From contig CAXXKJ010000002.1 of the NCBI GenBank assembly GCA_963675295.2, positions 3,232,001-3,296,000 of the forward strand: a DNA stretch of 64,000 nt, read 5' to 3'. This document shows, one piece after another, positions 26,811-36,194 of the stretch (the stretch's first letter is position 1; each line of letters opens with the position of its first letter). This DNA is from a bacterium. Its GTDB lineage: Bacteria; Electryoneota; Electryoneia; Electryoneales; Electryoneaceae. A model generated the notes under the pieces. It worked only from the letters and a program-made list of their open reading frames with translations, made no database searches and was not told the DNA's origin. A program made the position numbers and the translations under genes.

Positions 26811-28037
26811 ATGACAGCGCCACCGTCCCGGAGACAGCGAAGCCCTCACCCTGACTCGATATCGTCCCGGTTGCTCGCGTGGTACGACGCTGATCACCGC
26901 GATCTGCCGTGGCGTCTGGACGATCCCGACCCGTACCGCGTCTGGGTCAGCGAGATCATGCTGCAACAGACCCGTGTCGACACTGTCCTGCGCTACTACG
27001 ACCGTTTCCTCACGGCGTTCCCGGACGTTCACACCCTCGCCGCGGCTGATGACGATATGTTGCTGTTGTCCTGGGAGGGATTGGGCTACTACCGTCGCGC
27101 GCGGAACCTGCGGAACGGCGCACAGGCCGTCGTCTCCGAGTGGCTGGGTGAACGGGACCGTTGGCCACGCACAGCCGCCGAGTGGCAGACGCTACCCGGT
27201 GTCGGCGCGTACACCGCCGCGGCGCTGGCGTCCATCTGCGGCAACGAACCGGCGGCGGTGGTGGACGGCAACGTCAAGCGTGTGCTGGCACGCGTCTTCG
27301 GCATCACCCTTCCAATCAACAGCAGCGCCGGCACCAGCGCCGTGCAGCAACGTGCGGACGAGCTGGTCCCGGCGGATCGTCCCGGCGACCACAACCAGGC
27401 GTTGATGGAACTCGGCGCGGTCGTGTGTACGCCGAAGTCCCCCGGTTGCGGGACGTGCCCGTTGCACGCGGACTGTGTCGCGTACCAGGATGGCCGGACT
27501 GCCGAACTACCGGTGAAAACGCCGAAGAAACCGGTGCCGCACCATCACGTCGCGGCAGCGGTGATCCGTGACGCGGACGGTGCAATCCTGATCCAACGCC
27601 GTCCTGATGATGGTATGCTCGGCGGCCTCTGGGAACTGCCGTCTGTGCTGCTTCCGGCGGGTGATTCGGGTACGGACCGCACGCGGGCGGGGGCGTCGGC
27701 TACGGACCGTCCAGGTGACGCCGCTACCTCCACGGACCCTGCGCGGGTGGATGAAACCGGTCCGCTGCTTCTGTGCGACCAGGTCGCCGATCTGCTTGGC
27801 ACGGATGCGTTCACCATCGGCGAAGCGGTCGCGCACGCCCGTCACGTGTACAGCCACTTCAGCATCGAAGTGAGAGCATACCCGGTGGATGCGAACATCA
27901 CCTCACCCTCTGCGTTAACCGGCGGCGGGTCCCACGGCCTCGCCTGGCTGACGCCGTCTACCCGTGACCAGTTCGCGCTGCACAAGGTGCAGGACAAGCT
28001 GGTTCGCGCGCTCTGGGATGATCAGCTCCGCCTCTGA
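26811..28037 (+). CDS. mutY: A/G-specific adenine glycosylase
   Basis: DLPWR, VSEIMLQQT, WEGLGYY, LPGVGAYTA (HhH), DGNVKRV; 4Fe-4S motif C-x6-C-x2-C-x5-C; GGLWELP NUDIX-like domain. Confidence 0.93.
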   Translation: MTAPPSRRQRSPHPDSISSRLLAWYDADHRDLPWRLDDPDPYRVWVSEIMLQQTRVDTVLRYYDRFLTAFPDVHTLAAADDDMLLLSWEGLGYYRRARNLRNGAQAVVSEWLGERDRWPRTAAEWQTLPGVGAYTAAALASICGNEPAAVVDGNVKRVLARVFGITLPINSSAGTSAVQQRADELVPADRPGDHNQALMELGAVVCTPKSPGCGTCPLHADCVAYQDGRTAELPVKTPKKPVPHHHVAAAVIRDADGAILIQRRPDDGMLGGLWELPSVLLPAGDSGTDRTRAGASATDRPGDAATSTDPARVDETGPLLLCDQVADLLGTDAFTIGEAVAHARHVYSHFSIEVRAYPVDANITSPSALTGGGSHGLAWLTPSTRDQFALHKVQDKLVRALWDDQLRL

Positions 28038-28176
28038 TGTGTCCTCTGTGCGTGTTGTGTCCTGTGTCGTGGGCTGCGGGCTGCGGGCTGCGGTCGGCGG
28101 ACTGCGGATGGCACGGAGCTTCGGCTCTTGCCCGTGTTGGCTCTGACAACGCGGGTCCCCGTGGGGCGCTGCTCGT

Positions 28177-28305
28177 GTGTCATGCTGAATGGAACGAAGA
28201 GGAATGAAGCATCTGGGTCATACAGCGGTGGCAGGTTCCTCGTTGCACCTTAACCGGTTCATCCAGCAGATCCTTCATCCAATACGACCGGATTCAGGAT
28301 GACAC
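28177..28305. repeat. MITE/palindromic element with nested inverted repeats
   Basis: GTGTCATGCTGAAT...ATTCAGGATGACAC (13/14 inverted match) and an inner pair ATGAAGCATCTG...CAGATCCTTCAT (11/12). Confidence 0.65.
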
Positions 28306-28602
28306 CCCGTGAGGTGGTGCAGGGGAGGACAAAGCATGCACACTGGGCACACTGCCGTGCCCCGCTCCCCCACCCATGTAATTCCGTTACACGTATTGGC
28401 ACAAGGCAACTCCTCGTGAAATCACAGCTTCCGTGTCTCTCTTCGCCTCCTCATGATTCCCTAACTTCTCTGTTCTGATTTGGCAAACTGCGAAAAACTG
28501 CTATCTTCATTGCGGACTTTGGGGGATGCACAGGATGGATGATGGTTTACCTTCCGTCTGACCGCAAGGCATGTCCGTATCATCAACTGAGGGAGAGGAC
28601 GC

Positions 28603-29988
28603 ATGACTCGATGCAACCGGGGAGTGCTGATCATTGGCCTTCTGCTTGTGCTGGCGCCAACGCTGGTATTCGCGGGAGGCTTTAATCTTGCCGGTGCTGG
28701 CATGAAGGGTCTGGCGATGTCTGGTGCATTCCGGGCGATCGCGGACGACTGGAGTGCGATGTACTGGAACCCCGCAGGCTTGGCGGGGCAAGGGACGGGG
28801 ATCTATCTCGAGGCGAAGGTCCTCTTTCCGAACACCAGGATTATTCCGAACACGCCGAGCACCGTGCCCGGCTACGACGGCTACTACCTCTATCGGAATG
28901 GGGTGGAACAGTCGTCGGTTAACGGCGGCCGTCCCACCGGCTCTTTCGCCTTCCAGTGGCAGTTCAGCGAAAAGCTGACCGCCGGGCTGTCGGCGTTTAC
29001 GCCGAACGCGCTCGGTGCCGACTGGGAAAACCTTTACCTCGGGCCGTACCCCGGCTACGGGGACAACCCGGAGTATCCGGACCAGGCGTGGATGTCCAGC
29101 ATGTACGTCATCGACATTCACCCGACGGTCGGGTACATGGTGACGGAGAAGCTGTCTGTCGGTGCGGGCCTGTCGGTTAAGGTCGCGAGCATCGAGCTGC
29201 AGTCGCCGGCGTTGGTCCCGGGTGTGAATCCGGCAACCGGCGACCGTCTGCCGCTGCCGGGTTCGCATTACTTCATTGACGCCACGCTCAAGGGCAGCGA
29301 AATCGGTGTCGGGTTCAACCTCGGCGTGCTGTACCATGTCAACGACAAGCTGTCGACGGCGCTGACGTACGTCGGACCGTCCCTGATCCCGATCGACGGT
29401 ACGCTCAGCCAGACCCTCTACCTCCCCGCCATGGCGGGCGGCGGAGCACTGGATGCCGAACCGGATGCCAAGGCGGACTTCCCGATCCCGATGGAAGTGG
29501 GTGCGGGGATCGCGTACAAGTTCACCCCGGAGTTTACCGCGGCGTTCGACGTCAAGTGGACCCAATGGTCGTCGCTGGACGTGATCGACATCGAGCTGGA
29601 TGGCACGGATCCGACCGGCCAGCCGGCGGACGACACGGAGCTGATCCTCAACTGGGAGGATACGGTCCGGTTCAACATCGGCTTCATGTGGGATGTCAAT
29701 GAAGCGGTGCAGCTGCGTGGCGGCTACTACTTCGACCCGTCCCCGATCCCCGGCGAGACCATGCGTCCGACCATTACCGACGTCGCCGACAAGCACAGCT
29801 GGAGCTTCGGCGTCGGCTACGACTTCGGCAATGGCTTCACCGTGGACGGCACGTACCAGCACCTCTGGGGTAACGACAACGAAGCTGAAGCTGCGGACCA
29901 CGACGGCGACGGCCTGTACGACAACGTGCCCGGCACGTGGAACATGCAGGTCATCACCATCGGCATGCAGCTTGGCTACCGCTTCTAA
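28603..29988 (+). CDS. FadL/OmpP1/TodX-family outer-membrane transporter
   Basis: Signal peptide followed by GGFNL..G.K..AM.GA..AIADD.SAMYWNPAGL; WSSLD and WEDT motifs; C-terminal YRF. Confidence 0.85.
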   Translation: MTRCNRGVLIIGLLLVLAPTLVFAGGFNLAGAGMKGLAMSGAFRAIADDWSAMYWNPAGLAGQGTGIYLEAKVLFPNTRIIPNTPSTVPGYDGYYLYRNGVEQSSVNGGRPTGSFAFQWQFSEKLTAGLSAFTPNALGADWENLYLGPYPGYGDNPEYPDQAWMSSMYVIDIHPTVGYMVTEKLSVGAGLSVKVASIELQSPALVPGVNPATGDRLPLPGSHYFIDATLKGSEIGVGFNLGVLYHVNDKLSTALTYVGPSLIPIDGTLSQTLYLPAMAGGGALDAEPDAKADFPIPMEVGAGIAYKFTPEFTAAFDVKWTQWSSLDVIDIELDGTDPTGQPADDTELILNWEDTVRFNIGFMWDVNEAVQLRGGYYFDPSPIPGETMRPTITDVADKHSWSFGVGYDFGNGFTVDGTYQHLWGNDNEAEAADHDGDGLYDNVPGTWNMQVITIGMQLGYRF

Positions 29989-30004
29989 ACGGGAGGAGAC
30001 GACA

Positions 30005-31288
30005 ATGCGTGAACGATTGACACTGTTCGGCCTTGCCGCGCTGCTTCTCCTGCTGGCAGGCTGCGCCGAAGAGATTGAAGCGCCGACTGATGTCTGGGTC
30101 GGACGTGAAGGCACCATCGAAACCATGGCGGACCCGATCGCGGAAGCGTTGAATCCGTCGGACGCCGACGGTGCACAAACCCTGATCTACCTGCCGGACG
30201 GCTACTCTGCGTCCGGTGATGCCTACCCCGTGGTGTACATGCTGCACGGGTACGGTGGTGACGAAAACATGTTCCCGACCATCTTCGGGATCACTGCCCT
30301 GTTCGACGAGATGATCGCGTCGGAAGTCGTCGAGCCGTTCGTCGCGGTCTTCCCGAACGGTGACAACGAACTGGCCGGCACCTTCTACCAGAACAGCCCG
30401 TATCCGCTGGTCGGTGCGTCCGCTGACCGCATGATGGCACTGGTCGGTTCGGTTGAAGCGGCGTACAACGTCAGCACCGATCCGGCCGGCAAAGCGATCT
30501 GCGGATTGTCGATGGGCGGCTACGGTGCCCTCAGCCTCGCGTTGGAGAATGCTGGTGAGTTCGGCTTCGTCGGCGTGCTCTCCGGCCCGGTCAGCTTCTG
30601 GGGCGAACGGACCGCTGATCCGGTGAACATCCCGAACACGGACGATGTCTACGCCGGTATCGAGGAACTCCTGCCAGCCGTGCTCGCCCAGGGTGGCTTC
30701 ACACCGGACCCGAACTGGGATCCCCTGATCCCGGACCCGGACCTGACATCTGCCTACCAGGCGGCGATGTTGAACGGCTTGCAGCAAGGCCCGCCGACGT
30801 CAATGATGTTCGCGATGGCTGCGGCGTTCAGCCCCGGTGATCCGGCGAACCCAGGCCCGACGTACGTCCAGTTCGATCCGAACCTGCCGGGCGTGGAACT
30901 GCCGATCGGTCTTGACGGCGAGATCTTCCTGCCGGTGTGGAACCTGTGGATGGCCCGCGACATCATCGCTCGCCTCTCCACCGATCCCGCTCAGCAGGCT
31001 GCGATGGCCGGAATGGACATCTACATGGCCTGCGGCCTGTCCGACGACCTCGGCCTGTTTGGCGCGCATGCGGTGCTGGCAACAGTGCTGGTAAACAACT
31101 TCGGCGTCGACTTCACCGCCGGTGACAATGTCAACCGCTTCTTCGGCACGCCGAATAATCCGGACGCCGGTTTCCCGTTTGACGGCGGCACGATTGACGA
31201 CGTCTTCGGCGGATTCCCGGCGGGCCACACCGAAGCCGCGCGTGAAGAGCTGCGTTTGATCGTCGAATGGTTGGACGGCAAGTTCTAA
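30005..31288 (+). CDS. Lipoprotein esterase (alpha/beta hydrolase)
   Basis: LAGC lipobox; IYLPDGY...YPVVYMLHGYGG; GLSMGG nucleophile elbow; C-terminal GH. Confidence 0.82.
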   Translation: MRERLTLFGLAALLLLLAGCAEEIEAPTDVWVGREGTIETMADPIAEALNPSDADGAQTLIYLPDGYSASGDAYPVVYMLHGYGGDENMFPTIFGITALFDEMIASEVVEPFVAVFPNGDNELAGTFYQNSPYPLVGASADRMMALVGSVEAAYNVSTDPAGKAICGLSMGGYGALSLALENAGEFGFVGVLSGPVSFWGERTADPVNIPNTDDVYAGIEELLPAVLAQGGFTPDPNWDPLIPDPDLTSAYQAAMLNGLQQGPPTSMMFAMAAAFSPGDPANPGPTYVQFDPNLPGVELPIGLDGEIFLPVWNLWMARDIIARLSTDPAQQAAMAGMDIYMACGLSDDLGLFGAHAVLATVLVNNFGVDFTAGDNVNRFFGTPNNPDAGFPFDGGTIDDVFGGFPAGHTEAAREELRLIVEWLDGKF

Positions 31289-31310
31289 GGGTTGGCTGAC
31301 CAGACAATCC

Positions 31311-31345
31311 ACACCCCGAGGCGAATCGTTTCGGGGTGTTTTTTT
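31311..31345 (+). terminator. Rho-independent terminator
   Basis: ACACCCCGAGGCG-aat-CGTTTCGGGGTGT followed by a T-run. Confidence 0.8.
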
Positions 31346-31574
31346 GCTCTTGCGATAAGGCTGGAATCAGCTTCGTTGACATGCGTGGACGCTCTCACTT
31401 GAATGAGCATCGTGTTAGTTGAGTGCGAAGAATCTGGCGGGATTTTAAGCTGTGGCTGGGTTTGAGACGTGTTTCGTAAGGGGAGTCTAACCCGCCGATG
31501 CGAGGAGAATGGGATTGCAATCGCATGGGTTGCGGAGTCATTTTTACGACCGAGTACAGGGTGTGACGCCAAAG

Positions 31575-31657
31575 TTTGTGATGAATTTCGCAAATAGAGA
31601 CGCCCACCCATTTTTTCAGGGTGCGATTTCTCCAAAGTTTGTGATATTTTACGCAAA
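31575..31657. promoter_or_regulatory. Two Rex/CRP-FNR-like operator palindromes 63 bp apart
   Basis: TTTGTGATGAATTTCGCAAA (31575-31594) and TTTGTGATATTTTACGCAAA (31638-31657), both preceded by CCAAAG. Confidence 0.55.
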
Positions 31658-31736
31658 ACAAGCGGAAGCAAACCGGAACTGGTGATTCGTTCGGCAGATG
31701 ACTGGTTTGTAAGGAACGACACTTTTGGGAGAGCAC

Positions 31737-33095
31737 ATGCACGCGAAGCGCTGGTTGGCATACCTGGCCGTGTTCTCGCTGCTGTTCAGCCTTGGCTACC
31801 TGGTCACCGGGTGTTCGGAAGAAGACGATGACAATCCGGTGGATCCGACAGCTGGGCCGTACTCGATGAGCAGCGAAGAGACCTGCGAAGGGTGCCACAC
31901 CAACGAGGACATGCTGAAAGCAACGGTGGCTGAGGACACGAGCGGTACGTCCGAATCCACGGGCGAGGGTTGAGGCGGCAGCGTCCCCGAGCTGGAAGCT
32001 TGGGAAAAAGTCTACGTTGGTGGTACAGGTGGTGAAATGTTCCTCGCGGACCCGCACGGCACTTTGTCTTGCACCGACTGCCATGCAGGCGTTGAAGGCA
32101 TCAACAAAAAGGCAGACGCGCACGAAGGCGTGATCGCCGCACCCTCGATGAATTACGAGGAAACCTGCGGCCGTTGCCACAGCGACATCACGGCGACGTA
32201 CTCAACCAGCCTGCATCAGAACTTCCACGGGTACGAGACTCTGTTCGAAACGCGTGCCGGGCTAACGTTTGAGGATCACCCGGAGATCGAGGAAGAGTTC
32301 AACAACGAGTGCGGCAAGTGCCACACGACCTGTGGTGAGTGCCACGTCAGCCGTCCCCGTAGTGTGCAGGGCGGACTGGTCCAGGGCCACCGTTTCATGC
32401 CGACGCCGAACCAGAGTGACCAGTGCACCGCGTGCCACGGGTCCCGTGTTGGCGAAGAGTATCTCGGGTCACGTGAAGGGTATTCATCCGACACGCACTA
32501 CCTCCCGCACGGCATGAACTGCGTGTCCTGCCATACGGGTGAGGAGATGCACGGCGACGGTACGGTGTACGAGACGCGGTATCAGGAAAACGACATGCCG
32601 CGTTGCGAGTTCTGCCATTCGACGGCTGAGGACGCGAACATCTACCACAGCATGCACTGGGACGAATTCCAGTGCCAGGTGTGCCACAGCCAGGACTACA
32701 AGAACTGCAACCGTTGTCACGTTGGTGGTACCGGCATCCGTGAGGAAAGCTACATCACGTTCAAGGTTGGCAAGAATCCGATTCCGAACGAACGTGACTA
32801 TGAATATGTCGTGCTGCGTCACATCCCGATCGCGGAGGATACGTACAGCCCGTGGGGCGTTGAGACGTTGCCGAACTATTCAGATTTGCCGACGTGGAAG
32901 TATGCCAGCCCGCACAACATCCGCCGCTGGACAGCGCGGACGGACACGACCGGCGGTCTGACCTGTTCGCAGGCATGCCACCAGTCGGAAGATTACTTCC
33001 TGCGTGCGGCTGACCTTGAAGACATGACCCCGGCGGAACAGGCGGCGAATGTGGACTGCATCGTCCCGGATGGTCCGCCACCGTGGGATGACTAA
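31737..33095 (+). CDS. Predicted selenocysteine-containing multiheme c-type cytochrome lipoprotein (452 aa with UGA79 read as Sec)
   Basis: ORFs 31725-31973 and 32037-33095 are in the same frame and separated only by TGA 31971-31973, giving STGEG-U-GGSVPELEAWEKV. LVTG-C lipobox; 10 CxxCH plus 1 CxxxCH; hairpin directly downstream of the UGA. Confidence 0.8.
31986..32004 (+). promoter_or_regulatory. Candidate bacterial SECIS hairpin
   Basis: CCCGAGCT-GGA-AGCTTGGG: 8-bp stem with one G-U pair and a G-initiated loop; 12-nt spacer after the UGA. Confidence 0.65.
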
Positions 33096-33181
33096 ACAGC
33101 ATACGAAGTAAACCATAGCTAGCCTGTGGCGGGGTATGAAGCGTGCCCCGTCCGGACAAGAAAGAAGAAAGGGAAACCCCC

Positions 33182-34150
33182 ATGAAGTTGCTGAAGTCTT
33201 TGACCTGGATGTTCATTCTTTTGTTGGCGATCGGTTTCGTCGGCTGCTCCGATGACGACGACGATAACGACAACCCGACCGGCCCGACCACGACCGATCA
33301 TTTTGAAGACCTGTTCGCGTTAGACGGCGGTTTTGGCGACAACATCGCGTCTGATGCGCTGTACGCTGAGATGACCGGCACCACCCCGGCCGCCGGCGAG
33401 CTGTTCATGATCGACTTCCGTAGCGCGGAGCATTACAACTACGCGCATATCGACGGCGCTGTCAACTGGGCGATTACCGATCTGATGGACAACCTGGACC
33501 AGATCCCGGCCGATGCGAAGGTCGTCTGCATTTGCTACACCGGCCAGACCGCGTCCCAGGCCAGCTCGGCGTTGAACCTGCTCGGTTACGATGCCTGGAA
33601 CCTGAAGTTCGGTATGTGCGGCTGGACGACGAACGAAGACATCAACCTCGGCAAGTGGCCAAACCTCGCGGAAAATGATGTTCCGATGGTCACCGACCCG
33701 TACACGCTGGACGAAACGTTTGACTATCCGGCCCGTGAGCTGGAAACCGAAGACGTGATGGAAGCGGCGGAGTACTATCTCGACATGTACCTGTCCAACG
33801 GCACGAAAAACATGTCCTGCACCGCGGTCCACGAGCTCAGCATGAACGAAGTGACGATCCTGAACTACTGGAACGTCGACATGTACAACGACGGTCACCT
33901 CGCTGGCGCGGTTCAGGCGAATCCGATCGACATGGACGTTCTTGAAGGCGTCGATCCGGAACTGCCGGTGGTCGTGTATTGCCACACCGGTCAGACCTCG
34001 AGCAAGGTGGTTGCGTGGCTGAACATGCTCGGCTACGATGCCTACAGCATGCTGTACGGCGTGAACTCGATCGATCAGGAGTTCCCGGGCCTGGTGACGT
34101 ACCACGCGCCGGATCAGGACTACCCGTGCGTCGGAACGTTCGACGACTGA
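33182..34150 (+). CDS. Tandem rhodanese-domain lipoprotein (sulfurtransferase)
   Basis: FVG-C lipobox; IDFRSAEHY..AHIDGAVN; two active-site loops, CYTGQTA and CHTGQTS. Confidence 0.85.
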   Translation: MKLLKSLTWMFILLLAIGFVGCSDDDDDNDNPTGPTTTDHFEDLFALDGGFGDNIASDALYAEMTGTTPAAGELFMIDFRSAEHYNYAHIDGAVNWAITDLMDNLDQIPADAKVVCICYTGQTASQASSALNLLGYDAWNLKFGMCGWTTNEDINLGKWPNLAENDVPMVTDPYTLDETFDYPARELETEDVMEAAEYYLDMYLSNGTKNMSCTAVHELSMNEVTILNYWNVDMYNDGHLAGAVQANPIDMDVLEGVDPELPVVVYCHTGQTSSKVVAWLNMLGYDAYSMLYGVNSIDQEFPGLVTYHAPDQDYPCVGTFDD

Positions 34151-34189
34151 GTTTTCTTCTCTCCTCCTCCCCGTTCTTCGGAACGGAGG

Positions 34190-34222
34190 CAGCCGCACCT
34201 GTGATGGGTGCGGCTGTTTTTG
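34190..34222 (+). terminator. Rho-independent terminator closing the cytochrome-rhodanese operon
   Basis: CAGCCGCACCT-gtgat-GGGTGCGGCTG followed by TTTTT. Confidence 0.8.
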
Positions 34223-34250
34223 TTTGTGCGGAAAGTGGTCGACAGCAGGC

Positions 34251-36194
34251 TCAGTTGTCCTGTCGAATCTGAGCGATCCCGCGTTGAAGGCGTCCGGACC
34301 AGTACTCGTCCATCTCGAACGCGGCGGCCTTGTTGTAGTACTGGGCAGCCGTATCCGGATCGCCCTGCAATGTGGCGACCTGTCCGGCCATGACGTAGTA
34401 GGGGCCGGTGTGGTTGACAGCCTGCTTCCACCCGGCTTCGATCAGTTGCGCGGCGCTGTCGAGGTCGTGCTGGCCGAGGTAGTAGTCGGTGAGGAAGACG
34501 AAGTCCATATCCTCGCGGGACCCGTTGCTGATCGCGGTCTGCAGCCAGTGCAGGGCGTCTTCGTACTGGCGTTCGGACAGCAGCAGGCGTCCGTAGAACC
34601 CCTGCGCTGCGGGCAGTGGCGGGTCGGCGTTCGCGGCCTTGGCGGCCATCGTGAGGGCGGACGCGGTGTCGTTGCGTTCCCACGCGTCAATCTGGGCCAT
34701 GCGGTAGGCATAGCGTGGGTTGCCGGACAGGTCCCAGGCTTGCGTCAGGGCGTGGTACTCCTCGTTCGTGCGGCCAGCCTCACGATAGTTGATCGCGAGG
34801 ACTTCCCAGCCGTACGGTGCCCGTCCTGGGTTCCGCTGCAACGCACGTTCGTGGCGCTGTTCGGCGGCATGCTGATGATGCTGCAGCAGGGTTTGCGCGC
34901 CGGCGGTCATCAGGGCGACGACCACGGCCAGCGCGACGAAGGTCGAGCGTGGCACCAGCGACCGTTCACGGGCATACCCGAACAGCAGGAACGTCAACGG
35001 CACCGCCCACAGGCTGACAAGGTCGGCGTCCCGTGCCATCCCGAGGTCCGGGGAAAACACCGCCGCGAAACCGAACGCGGCGACAGTCGCGGTTGCACAA
35101 AACGCAAGACGCGGTGACAACGCGCCGCTGCCAGTCGTGGACGACGGCCGTGCCTGCAGGACCCACGGCAACAGCACAAACACCGGCACCGCCCCGGCCC
35201 ACAGGATCAGGTTCAGCAGGTCGAGCAAGTGCGTGGGTGCGAACAGGGTGTAGCCGTCCGGCGGTGGACTGCCGAGCGGTGCGAGCACGTGGTCCGGGAT
35301 CAACACCGCCGCAGCGATCAGCCCGGCAACCATGGACGCAAGCCACAGCCCCCAGCGCAGCCTGATGGACCGTACCGTCAGCAACAGCAGGAACGCCGGC
35401 AGCAGCACCAGTCCCTGGGCGTGCAGGGCGCTTGTCAACACGACCAGTCCCAGCGCAATCCACGCGTACCCCGGCCGGTCCTGAGCACGCCAGACCAGCA
35501 GACAAGCCCACGCGGTCAGCATGTGCAGCAGCGCGTAGTGTTCGACCAGCCCTGCCAGCAACGGCACCGAACCGATCCCGAAGGCGGTGACGATGGTCAG
35601 CAGGCGGCGTTTCGGGCCGTCGTCATCGCGTACCCACAGCCACCACGCCAGCGCGTAGCCGAGCAACGCAACGAGATCGATCCAACGGAACACGGTCCAG
35701 ACCGTCTCCGCGGACGGCTGCGGTCCACTTAACACCTTCGCGAGCTGATAGTACAGCGGGGCGAACTTGCTGCCTTCGCCGGAGGAGAGCACGATCAGTT
35801 GGCCGTCCCCACGCAGCAGCGTCGCCGCCGGGAACAGAATCAGCAGGACAATCGCCGCGAGGGTGTAAAGGAATACGATCCACAGGTTGGTACGTCGCTG
35901 GATGAACCGGCTGCTGGCAAAGCCCATCAGACCACCCGCCGCAGCGCAGATCCCCAGCCACAGGATGATCTGGATCGGAGTCTGGCCGTACAGGCCGTCC
36001 ACACCCCACAGCCGCCACATCGGCGGAGCGAAGATGGTCCCGCCCACAGCCGTAACCACCAGGATCGCACCGGCCAACGATCCCGTCAGCGACGCCTTCG
36101 GCAGCACAGTCTTCCCTGACCTGCCGCTGGGTGGCTCGGGATGTCCCGCGTCCTGTGGACTACCTGTCTGCTTCCCCCCTGCCATGCTCATCAT
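34251..36194 (-). CDS. Polytopic membrane protein with C-terminal TPR-like repeats
   Basis: About 12 hydrophobic segments followed by helical TPR-like repeats; 4-bp overlap with the upstream deaminase. Confidence 0.65.
   Translation of the reverse strand: MMSMAGGKQTGSPQDAGHPEPPSGRSGKTVLPKASLTGSLAGAILVVTAVGGTIFAPPMWRLWGVDGLYGQTPIQIILWLGICAAAGGLMGFASSRFIQRRTNLWIVFLYTLAAIVLLILFPAATLLRGDGQLIVLSSGEGSKFAPLYYQLAKVLSGPQPSAETVWTVFRWIDLVALLGYALAWWLWVRDDDGPKRRLLTIVTAFGIGSVPLLAGLVEHYALLHMLTAWACLLVWRAQDRPGYAWIALGLVVLTSALHAQGLVLLPAFLLLLTVRSIRLRWGLWLASMVAGLIAAAVLIPDHVLAPLGSPPPDGYTLFAPTHLLDLLNLILWAGAVPVFVLLPWVLQARPSSTTGSGALSPRLAFCATATVAAFGFAAVFSPDLGMARDADLVSLWAVPLTFLLFGYARERSLVPRSTFVALAVVVALMTAGAQTLLQHHQHAAEQRHERALQRNPGRAPYGWEVLAINYREAGRTNEEYHALTQAWDLSGNPRYAYRMAQIDAWERNDTASALTMAAKAANADPPLPAAQGFYGRLLLSERQYEDALHWLQTAISNGSREDMDFVFLTDYYLGQHDLDSAAQLIEAGWKQAVNHTGPYYVMAGQVATLQGDPDTAAQYYNKAAAFEMDEYWSGRLQRGIAQIRQDN

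Noticed and set aside
31971-31973. UGA reassigned genome-wide (code 4 Trp or code 25 Gly)
   Set aside because: TGA is the evident true stop of accB (63146-63148), parB and mutY, so any readthrough must be site-specific.
33182-34150. Anaerobic ergothioneine sulfurtransferase EanB
   Set aside because: It is an exported lipoprotein linked to a cytochrome, not to a methyltransferase.
28603-34150. Single porin-cytochrome conduit operon including the FadL-like gene
   Set aside because: A strong terminator at 31311-31345 and an intergenic region of about 450 bp with its own operators separate the two units.
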